From positions 15,118,597 to 15,182,596 of the forward strand of contig NC_057751.1 in the NCBI RefSeq assembly GCF_004010195.1: a stretch of DNA of 64,000 nt, written 5' to 3'. This DNA is from Chiloscyllium plagiosum (lineage: Eukaryota). Positions within the stretch are counted from its first letter, which is position 1; every line of letters starts with the position of its first letter. This document shows positions 11,901 through 21,885 of this stretch, one piece after another. The notes below the pieces were generated by a model. That model was not told where the DNA came from and searched no databases. It worked only from the letters and a program-made list of their open reading frames with translations. The position numbers and the translations under genes were made by a program.

Positions 11901-13649
11901 GTGAGTACCTGCGAATGCTTCTTGTTATGAACAAGATTCTACACAAGGATGTATTAATATTAAAGATCTGACATGCAAACATTTCCACAAATGTATGAAC
12001 GGCTCTATTACATTGTCCTGTATTGCACAAAATTACTTACAAACATACACCCATTCTCCACCCACGGACGGCTTTTATATCTTAGATAAGAGGCCCAAGC
12101 CTGTTCAAAATACCTTGCAGTCATTTGACTTGTCCCTTGTATAATTTTGAACAAATCCTCAATTAATATCCTGAGGTTGTGAGAGGAGCTGTATAAATGT
12201 ATGCGTTTTTCTTTCTTTCAAATGTATCAGTACTTTTGAGCTTGAAATTTTAATTTTAAGAAAGTGCAATTTTTCCTTTGCCTCAAATTGCTGCCAGAAC
12301 GCAGGAGTAGTATTAGATACCAATCTTTCCAATAATTTTGAATGCAACGCCACTTTAGTGCCATCCAGTATCTAAGTAAGCCTCTTCAATCTTCTCATAT
12401 TCACTGACCACACACCACTTATAGCACCAACCATCCAGCCTGCTCTCACTAAAAGTTCCAGAGACTTCCGAATGTTTGGCTCATCCCTAAATATCCCCTC
12501 TCAAATATTATATGGTAATAGTCACATACGACCTCATCATTTACTACAAATGCTCTTGCATTCTGATTCTTGCTGCTACCGAGATGCCTCTCCAAGTGCC
12601 ACACCTTAAAACTATTGCATTATTGTCCCTGCCACTTCTCTTCCACCCTGTCATTTTCATGCTCACCACATCCCTCCCAACACTGTCTGCTGTTACGATA
12701 AGAAAGAGGAACAGGAGTAGGTCATTCAGAGAAATCTGCCATTCATTAGGATGATGGCTGATACAATGTTCCCCCGTCCACGTCCCTACATTTTTTCCCC
12801 GTAACCTTTGATTCCCCATTTCTAACTACAAGCCTCCCCCCTTCTATTGAGTTGGGGCTGTTTTTCTGCCAGTTCAGTTTGTTCTGGGTTTTAAAATTTT
12901 AAGACATATGTTTTGAACGATAAACAAAGTTGATGGAGCAGAGATACATTTCATAGTTGTGCAGCCTGAAACTTCAAACTATTGGTGCAATTTAACTAGT
13001 TTGAGCACTGTGAATCTGGGGTCCTACTAACATTTTCTATCTTGAACAGAGCAAGGGTATTGTGGAGTTGGTCGTTGTAGCAGTAAACCAAAGCCATTGC
13101 ACAAATAATCCAGAGAATTTGAGTTATATTGTCACAATGTTGATTGAAAATTTTCATTCAGTTTCAAAAAAAAGACTGGAACTGTAAAATGTTATCAGTA
13201 AAAATGACCATAAAACTTTTGGTCTTACCTGCTAGCTGAAGTAGCTCAGCAAGCCACTCAGTTGCATCAAGCTACACGCAATATGTGTGGACATCAAAGA
13301 GTAGCCTTGTTAACAGCACACAGATCTGAGAATGAACAGTACAATGTGAGATATACGTATCTGCCAATGCGTGTAAATATTTGAAAAGGTGGGCTTTAAT
13401 TGGAAAATGACACACTTCAACAACTTGGAGAGATAAAGGATCAAAATGGGCTCGATGTAAACATTAGTGTTCAGAGTCAGGATAATCCAAATGAGATTGA
13501 TAATGTGACCTGCAGAAGATGATTTGATTTGATCTGACAAGCATGCCTGCTGCCTGTGACAATAGAATTAAGTTTCCCAGAAGAACACTTTGGAGCAGGA
13601 GAATGTCCAGAGTTTGTGGGACCTGGTGCTGGGAGGAGAGAGAAGAGAA

Positions 13650-14040
13650 GTAAAATGAATGTAGGTTTGCTCGCTGAGCTGCAAGGTTCATTTCCAGACA
13701 TTTTGTTACCCTATTATATAACATCTTCAGTGGGCCTCAGGTGAAGCAATGCTGAAAATTCCTGCTTTCTGTTTATATGTTTGAATGCTGAAAATTCCTG
13801 CTTTCTGTTTATATGTTTGGGTTTCTTTGGGTTGGTGATATTATTTCCTGTGATGAAGTCACTTCCTGTTCCTTTCTCAGGGGGTGGTAGATGGGGTCTA
13901 ACTCGATGTTTTTGTTGGTAGAGTTCCAGTTGGAATGCCATGCTTCTAGGAATTCTCATGCGTGTCTTGTTTGGTTTGTCCTAGGATGGATGTATTGTCC
14001 CAGTCAAAGTGGTGTCCTTCCTCATCCGTATGTGAGGATA
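13650..14040 (-). mobile_element. Penelope-like element 3' end: GIY-YIG endonuclease C-terminus plus terminal repeat with a decayed hammerhead
   Basis: Minus-strand translation with one frameshift and one stop gives HTDEEGHHFDWDNTSILGQTKQ/RHA*EFLEAWHSNWNSTNKNIELDPIY; downstream lies CCA-CUGAAGA-U-GUUA..UAAC-AAAAUGUC-UGG; contains a 36 bp tandem duplication at about 13748-13819. Confidence 0.75.
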
Positions 14041-14374
14041 ACAATATCATCAAATAAACTGCTCGTGTCTCACTTCATACTTTACCAACTGCCTGGAATT
14101 GATCTAACACAGCATGTTTCCATAGCACTATGTAAGAAACAGTCACACCATGGGGGCACAGTTTTAAAATTAGACATTTCTTTAGGGCAGAGATGCTGAG
14201 TACGTTTTTCTCTCAAGATGGTTTTGTAGCATTGAAACTCCCTGCCTCAGAAAGCAGTAGAAATGCGTTATGGAATATTTTTAAGGGAGAAAACTCTAAT
14301 TCCCTTGTCTAACAAAAATCTAATGTCATCAGGTGGGAATATGGAATTCAAGAGAGAAGTAGGCTCGGCCATAA

Positions 14375-15150
14375 TCATAGAGTCAAAGAGTTGTACGGCA
14401 TGGAAACAGATCCTTCAGTCCAACTCCTCCCTGTCGACCTGATATCCTAAAATAATCTAGCATTTGGCCCACATCCCTCTAAAATGTTCATATTCATATA
14501 CCCATCCATTTGCCTCCACTACTTTATCTGGCAGCTTATTCTACATACACACCATCCTCTGCATGAAAAAAAGTTGCCCCTTTGGTCCCTTTGAAATCTT
14601 TCTCCTCTCATCTTACATTTATGCCCTCTAATTTTCGACTCCCCCCCAACTCAGGGGAAAAGCCCTTAGCTATTCACCCTATTCTTGCCCCTCAATTTTA
14701 TAAACCTCTATAAAGGTCACCCCTCAGATGTCGCTCCAAGGAAAATAGCCTCAATCTATTCAGCCTCTCCGTATAGCAATCATGGCAACATCCTTGTAAA
14801 TCTTTTCTGAACCCTTTCAAGTTTCACAGCATCCTTCCTATACAAGGGAGACCATAATTGCACACAGTATTCCAAAAGTGGCCTATCAATGACCTGTACA
14901 GCTGCAACATGACCCCCCAACTCTGATACTCAATGCACTGACTAATAAAGGCAAGCACATCAAATGCCTTCTTCACTATCCTATCTTCCTGCAACTCCAA
15001 TTTCAAGGAAATTGAGCTTGCATTTTAAGGTCCCTTTGTTCAGCAACACTCCCCATTAAGTGTATAAGTCCTGCTCTGATTTGCTTTTCAAAATGCAGTA
15101 ACTCACATTTATCTAAATTAAACTCCATCTGCCACTCCTGGCCCTTGGTC
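14375..15150 (-). mobile_element. CR1 3' fragment
   Basis: Degenerate copy of the 2946-4048 CR1 3' end (KKAF.VLAFISQCIEY). Confidence 0.85.
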
Positions 15151-15687
15151 CATCTTGGGGAATCGTTGAACAGACTCAAAAAGCTTGAAGGCCGACTTCT
15201 GTTCTTGTGTTGTTTTATACGTTCATATGTGGCTATACCTGCTGTGCCCCTGAAGGATTAGGAATCTGCTCCCACAATGAATTTCAGATCTGAGCATGAA
15301 TATCACCATTGGTTTTACGCTCTATTGTGGCATCTAGGAATGGCAGTTTGTTGTTGTTTTCCTCCTCTTTAGTGAAATTTAGGCCTTTTGATGGTGTATG
15401 GGGCCTTCTGGCATCGATTTGTTACTGCTTGTGATATTCTGGGCCAAGTTATCGACTTTCCATTGGGATGGCTGTAGAGGCAATCCAATTGGCTTATGCC
15501 CTGGGAAAAGAGGATTAAAAGAGAGGCAAGACAAGTTCCCACTCCTTTACAAATGAAGGTCAAACAGCCCAAAGTCTAGACTCACATATGAAGAATGGTG
15601 ACTTGAGACGAATCCAGAATCAGCCAGATCCAACACTCAATAGAAGTCACTGTCTTCCGCTAAGACAGGGACAAGATTGGAAGGAAC

Positions 15688-16166
15688 ATGGAGACCTTGG
15701 AGTGCAGGTTCATAGCTCCTTGAAAGTGGAGTCGCAGGTAGATAGGATAGTGAAGAAGGCGTTTGGTATGCTTTCCTTTATTGGTCAGAGTATTGAGTAC
15801 AGGAGTTGGGAGGTCATGTTGCAGCTGTACAGGATATTGGTTAGGCCACTGTTGGAATATTNNNNNNNNNNNNNNNNNNNNNNNNNNNNNNNNNNNNNNN
15901 NNNNNNNNNNNNNNNNNNNNNNNNNNNNNNNNNNNNNNNNNNNNNNNNNNNNNNNNNNNNNNNNNNNNNNNNNNNNNNNNNNNNNNNNNNNNNNNNNNNN
16001 NNNNNNNNNNNNNNNNNNNNNNNNNNNNNNNNNNNNNNNNNNNNNNNNNNNNNNNNNNNNNNNNNNNNNNNNNNNNNNNNNNNNNNNNNNNNNNNNNNNN
16101 NNNNNNNNCATGGACGGGTTGGACCGAAGGGTCTGTTTCCATGCTGTACATCTCTATGACTCTATG
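15688..16166 (+). mobile_element. CR1 3' fragment spanning an assembly gap
   Basis: DLGVQVHSSLKVESQVDRIVKKAFGML; tail ctctatgactctatg; N gap at 15862-16108. Confidence 0.85.
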
Positions 16167-17409
16167 TAGAGCAGGCAGGTGAAAAGGGTGGGTATTGTGG
16201 TAATTAAGATGTAACTCAAAGGAGACATTTGGATAACTAAGGACATAAGCCTGAGAGCAGTTTATCTACTTCTTAGTAGTGATAAAGATTGACATACAAT
16301 ATGGGATGAAGGGTATACAATCTTTACCAAAATTTCTATGCCAGATTGAAACAAACGTAATTTGACTTTTGTGACACGAAAAACACCTCAACTGTATTTC
16401 AAAAGAATTGATAAACTAGGGTTCACTGCCACAATTAATTCCCAGAGCTATTGTGTGGTAAGGCATAGGTCCACTAGCTCCAAAACCTTAACCTGAGCTA
16501 CAATTCTTCTCAAAACTCGCTAGGAAGTAAAATGAGTTAAGTGTAGGGGATTCAATAATTAGGGATATGGATGACATAAAGGTTAGACAGTGAGGATAAA
16601 AATCCATTTTGTGGTCTATATTGGTACCTATCGCATAGAAAAGAATAGGTAAGTCTTTTCTGGAGAGAGCTGGGAGATAGTAGCTAACTTAAAGAGCAGG
16701 ACCTCAAGGGAATATTAAACTATGTGGAAATTGGTATAGGGATAAAATTTAAGGGGGGGGTGATCATGTGTCTGAAAGAGTGACAGAGGAAAGAAGGATT
16801 TCATTTCATGGGCGGCTTGTACTGGGACAAGGACGGTTGGTATTGTTGGCACATTCCTCACCTGTACTGGCCTTAGGATGAACAAAAATAAAGGGGAAAG
16901 TCGGGCAGAAACAACAATATAAATGACACTTCTAAAAATGGTGGGAGGGAAAAATGTGACAACTGCTGATATGATTCCAGATTTGGGTAGGGCTGCTTTC
17001 ATTGGGATGCACCTGAGGCTTTTTGAAGTAACTGGGGTGTAACCTGGAATAATGTGTGCAATTTTACTCTTAATCCCAGGAACAACGATCCCTCTAACTA
17101 CAATGTTCCTGTGTGTGTACAACCATTTCAAGGGTCTGAGTGTGGTGATTGGTTTGCAGCATTGGCTTCTGGGACCTGAAGTCACTGCCTCGCATGAACT
17201 TTTGAGATTTGTACAGAAGGTAAAAAATTAGCGGGAATGCTTATCAGGAAAGGTAACATTGCCTAAAGGCAGTGCGACAAAGATTCACCGCACTTACAGG
17301 AACAAGAGAGAAAAGGTTGGAGAAAGGTAAAGATGCACAGAAGATCAGAGAGAAAGCTGATGAAAACATTACAAAGAGAAAGGCCGAGTGTTGGGAAGTG
17401 GGAATAATG

Positions 17410-17930
17410 TCAATTTAGTGCATTCGCTGCTCCCAATGTGGTCTTCTGTAAACCGATGAAGACAAAGGGCAGACTGGGTCACTGCTTTGCAGAACAGGAA
17501 ATGTGTTGCTGGAAAAGCGCAGCAAGTCAGGCAGCATCCAGGGAACAGGAGAATCGACGTTTCGGGCATAAGCCCTTCTTCAGGGCTTATGCCCGAAACG
17601 TCGATTCTCCTGTTCCCTGGATGCTGCCTGACCTGCTGCGCTTTTCCAGCAAACATTTCCAGCTCTGATCTCCAGCATCTGCAGACCTCACTTTCTCCTC
17701 AAAGCTTTGCAGAACACCAATGTTCTCTGAAAAAATGACCCTGAGGTTCAGGTTCCCTGCCACTTCAACACACCACAGCACTTCCTCGTCCAACATTTCT
17801 ATCTTGGGCTTGCAGCAGTGTTCCAGCAAAGCTCATTGCAAGCTGGAACAATAATATCTTATCTTCTGCGTTGGGAATACTGCAGTCTTCAGGACTCAGG
17901 ATCGAATTAAAAAATTTTAGAGCCTGAATA
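17410..17930 (+). mobile_element. Fossil Penelope-like GIY-YIG endonuclease fragment, interrupted by a younger hairpin insertion
   Basis: Frameshifted translation CIRCSQCGLL*..KTKGRLGHCFAEH [insertion] ..CHFNTP..SNISILGLQQCSSKAHCKLEQ*YLIF..GILQSSGLRIELKNFRA*, resembling PLE endonucleases (C-x2-C..YIGET, HFN, GLN). Confidence 0.7.
17497..17703. mobile_element. Fold-back Penelope-derived mini-element (family A) with hammerhead core and 13 bp TSD
   Basis: About 80 bp near-perfect inverted arms turning at about 17583; gctttgcagaaca is duplicated at 17484-17496 and 17704-17716. Confidence 0.85.
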
Positions 17931-17952
17931 CCACCTTCCATGTCCTTCATCT

Positions 17953-18292
17953 GGGCAGCACAGTGGTTCACTGGTTGGCACTGCTGCCTCACAGTGCCAG
18001 GAACCCAGGTTCAATTCCACCCTTGGGTGACTGTCTGTATGGTGTTTGTACATTCTCGCCATATCTGCGTGGCTTTCTTCCGGGTGCTCTGGTTTCTTCC
18101 AGCAATCCAAAGTTGTGCAGGTTATGTGCATGTTATGTGCATTGGCCAGGCTAAATTGCCAATAGTGTCCAGGAATGTGCAGGTTAGGTGGACTAGCCAT
18201 GGATGTGTGGGGGGATCTGGTTTGGATGCCGTTCAGAGGGGCAGTATGGACTTGATGGGTTGAATGGCCTGTTTCCACACGTATAGATTCTG
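17953..18292 (+). mobile_element. HE1-like tRNA SINE, diverged
   Basis: gggcagcacagtggttcactggttggcactgctgcctcacagtgccaggaacccaggttcaattcc. Confidence 0.8.
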
Positions 18293-20005
18293 TGAGTTTT
18301 CGGGGGCTTCGGGCCATGGCAGCTGAAGACTCACCCAACAACATTACAATTAAACTCTGGGGTGCTCAAGCAGCCAGGGTTAAGGAGCTCAGATGCAGGG
18401 CTGGCCTTTATTTTGGAGCTTTAGATTACAAGAGGTTTGATTTTGTGCAGCAGCTGTATGTATAAAAGGTGCTAGAGGTTTGGCATTCTTCAAACAAAAA
18501 AGTAATTAAAATTCATTGCATGGTAGAACCAGCTCGAGGTGCTATGTGACCTACCCTTGATCCTGTTTCTTTCCTTTTTTCTTTTACTAAAGAGCATGCT
18601 GAATTGGTGTGAAGTATTGAATGTGGAGTCTCTTACCTTGTGAATTTTTTCACAAAAGGACAGGAAAGTCACGAGTAAAAATAATTCTTGGAAGATGATC
18701 ATGACTTCTGATACTAGCGATATAATACTGATTCTTTTTGTTTTGAAATGGAAAGTTGGAATATTGAATATTTGTGAAATGCCGATATGTTTATAGTTTT
18801 AGATAATCAGAACAATGCACCAACCTTTGTTCTTTCAATCAACATCTCTTTTCTTGGAAATCATTACTACACAGAATGATATTGAGATAGATGGTGAATT
18901 GCAGTTACCTCCTTGTAATATGGATGGAAACAGGGTGGTATGGGTTGTGGTTAATTTTGACTGAATAAAATTAAGAGGAAGATTATTAGTGGTTAGCCAG
19001 CTGCTGCCTTTTGTCTGTTTGGGATGAACCATCAGTTTGCAGTTTTGCATCTTTGAAGAGCTGGTTGCAGATTTTGCCTGAAGCTCTGGGAATGCCGGGC
19101 TACCGGACAGAAGTCTGCTTTTAAAAACCTGATTGAATGCTGTTTCCTTACTGGCATCAACATTCCATATTGCAGTCTTTGTTTGCCTACCTACCTGCTG
19201 GTAAGGTCTGACTCAATATTTTTCCAGAAATCCTTTCACTGACACTGCTTTGGAGACAGTGATGAGGAACCTAAGTGTTATTAAGTTTTGAACAATGGGA
19301 CCTTTGTAGGTTTTAATTTGCTCAGACCAAACCTCTTCCTTGCTAAAGTCTTAAGACATACTTTGTTAAATTAATTTCCTGGATTAAATCATCAAGTTCT
19401 GAATCACAATAGTAATTACTACAGTAATGACCACAAAATGCAGAATTAGTGTCTTTTGATAGCGGGATTTCCAATATTAAAACTAAGTGGAAGCATAAAT
19501 AAATCATTTATTAAAAAGGGAGTGTGCTCAGTACCTTTTTCAGTTCTCAAGCTATTGTCAAGAATTCCTTAAGTTTATTGAAGAGCTGAAGAATTTACCA
19601 GGTTTTCTCCCCATATTAATAAAACCATTTAGTCCTGCATCAAGATAATTTAAGCTGGTTCTGTAAATTATAGCACTTAGCACAGTCCTGCATTCTTCAG
19701 TCTGTTACACATAATCAGGACACATAGAGGGGAAAGGTCATCATTGATGGCAAATATCTGTTGTTCTCAAAATTCTAAAATGCTGTTGACATGTAGTATC
19801 TTCAGGTTTACTTAAGGGAATCACATACTTGCACTTCAATCAGCAAACGTCTTTTTGACTTCCCAGAAAAGACAGGACAGATTGAAGATCATTTATTGTT
19901 GCAATAAAGAGATCGCAAAGGACTTAAATATGATGTTTCATCAAGATAGTTTAGTTTACAAATTTGTTATTGCGTTGGGTGATATTTTTCCATGGCTTGC
20001 ACTAG

Positions 20006-20240
20006 TCATAGAATCCCGACAGTGTGGAAACAGGCCATTGGGCCCAACAATCTAACCTAGCCAATTCACCTAACTTGCACATCTTGGACTGTGGGAGGAA
20101 ACCAGAGCACCTGGAGGAAACTCACACAGACACAGGGAGAACGTGCAAACTCCACACAGACAGTTACCCGAGGCTGGAATTGAACCCGGGTCCCTGGTGC
20201 TGTGAGGTAGCAATGCTAACAGCTGAGTCATCATGTGACC
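20006..20240 (-). mobile_element. HE1-like tRNA SINE, internally deleted
   Basis: ggactgtgggaggaaaccagagcacctggaggaaactcacacagacacaggg...ggaattgaacccggg. Confidence 0.8.
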
Positions 20241-20771
20241 CTACCGTAAGGGTTTTGTCGTGAAATGGCCAATCAAGTGCTCAATTAATTATGACTTTAT
20301 ATGAGATATTTGGAATGGTGTTGAGAATGCCTCAAGCTCATTTTTCTTCTCCTCACTCGTGGGATATGAGCATCATTAGCTGGCCAGCATTTAGTGCTGT
20401 TCAGTAGTTGGTGGTAAAATGCCTTCTTGAACCACTGCAGTCCCTGAGCTGTGGATTAACCCATAATACCCCCAGGGAGGGAATTTTTTGACCCAGCAAC
20501 ATTGAAGGAATAGTGATATATTTCCAAGTAAGGATGGTGAGTGGCTTGGAGGGCAGTTTGCAAGAGGTGGTGTTCCCATGTTATCTGCTACTCTTATTCT
20601 TCTGGATGGAAAAGGTCATGGTCTAGAAGATGCTGTCTCAGACATCTTTGGTAAATTTCTGCAGTGCAGCTAGCTACTAGAGTGGTGGTGGTGGTGCTGG
20701 GCGTGGATGCTTGTGAGTGTGGTGCCAATCAGGTGGGCTGCTTTGTCTTCAATACTGTCAAGCTTTTGAGT

Positions 20772-20961
20772 TAAAAATCACACAACACCAGGTTATAGTC
20801 CAACAGATTTAATTTGAAGCACACTACTTTCGGAGCATCAGGTGGTATGAAGGAACGCGCTCCGAAAGCAAGTGTGCTTCCAGTTAAACCTGTTGGACTT
20901 TCACCTGGTGTTGTGTGATTTTTAACTTTGTGCACCCCAGTCCAACACCGACATCTCCAAA
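20772..20961. mobile_element. Fold-back mini-element (family B) with decayed hammerhead and about 14 bp TSD
   Basis: Inverted arms aaaatcacacaacaccagg...cctggtgttgtgtgatttt; TSD tcaagctt(t/c)tgagt at 20758-20771 and 20962-20975. Confidence 0.8.
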
Positions 20962-21047
20962 TCAAGCTTCTGAGTGTTGCTGGAGCTTTATCCAGGCAAG
21001 TGGGGAGTATTTCATCACACTCCTGATTTGTACTCTGTAGATGATAG

Positions 21048-21262
21048 CTGAAAATGTGTTGCTGGAAAAGCGCAGCAGGTCAGGCAGCATCCAGGGAACA
21101 GCAGAATCGACGTTTCGAGCATAAGCCCTTCTTCAGGAATGAAGAAGGGCTTATGCCCGAAACGTCGATTCTCCTGTTCCCTGGATGCTGCCTGACCTGC
21201 TGCGCTTTTCCAGCAACACATTTTCAGCTCTGATCTCCAGCATCTGCAGACCTCACTTTCTC
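21048..21262. mobile_element. Fold-back mini-element (family A) with hammerhead core and 15 bp TSD
   Basis: Near-perfect arms of about 85 bp; ctctgtagatgatag at 21033-21047 and 21263-21277; almost identical to the 17497 copy. Confidence 0.85.
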
Positions 21263-21347
21263 CTCTGTAGATGATAGACAGGCTTTGGGTAGGAAGTGAG
21301 TTCCTCGCTGTAGTATTCCCAGTCTGTCAACTGCACAGTTTTTATTT

Positions 21348-21885
21348 CATAGAGTCATTAGATATGCACAGCATGGAAGCAGACCCTTCGGTCCAATTTG
21401 TCTATGCTGACCAGATATCCTAAATTAATCTAGTTGTGTTGGACTCATATTTTTCTGAACCCTTCCTATTCATATACCCATTCAAATGTCTCTTAAATGT
21501 TGTAATTGTACTAGCCTCCACTACTTCCTTTGGCAGCTCATCCCATGCATGCACCACCCTCTGCATGAAAAAGGTGGTCCTTTTTAAATCTTTCCCCTTC
21601 ACCTTAAAACTATGCCTTCTAGTTCTGGACTCTCCCACCCAAGGGAAAAGACCTTGTCTGTTCAACCTATCCATGCCTCTCATGATTTTATAAACCTGTA
21701 TAATGTCACCCTTCAGCCTCCGACACTCCAGGGAAAATAGCCCCAGCCTATGCAGTCTTTCATATAACTCAAACTCTCCAAACCTAGCAAAATCCTTGTA
21801 AGTCTTTGCTGAACCTCTTCAGGTTTAATAACATCTTTCCTATCATAGGAAGATCAGAATTGAACACAGTAATCTAAAAGTTGCT
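21348..21885 (-). mobile_element. CR1 3' fragment
   Basis: ORF 21420-21683 (ESRTRRHSFKVKG..FFMQRVVHAWDELP). Confidence 0.85.

Larger units (their letters stand above)
20350..21330 (-). mobile_element. Old CR1/L2-type LINE 3' fragment hosting two Penelope-derived hairpins
   Basis: Related sequence occurs on the + strand at about 7990-8330 and 30510-30925; the host reads through once both inserts and one copy of each TSD are removed. Confidence 0.65.

Noticed and set aside
15862-16108. Long ORFs containing runs of X (also at 33484-34206)
   Set aside because: Caused by N gaps in the assembly.
16715-17185. 156 aa minus-strand ORF
   Set aside because: No recognisable domain; it overlaps decayed repeat sequence, with CR1 ORF1-like remnants on the opposite strand.
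17497-17703. Reading the hairpins as DNA-transposon MITEs or miRNA precursors
   Set aside because: The asymmetric tail, variable 7-15 bp TSDs, single-arm copies and hammerhead core fit Penelope-type retro-insertion better. Small-RNA production cannot be judged from sequence.
17369-17829. ORFs on both strands with the same peptide (AGKAQQVRQHPGNRRIDVSGISP)
   Set aside because: Artefact of the palindromic family-A insert; no coding evidence.
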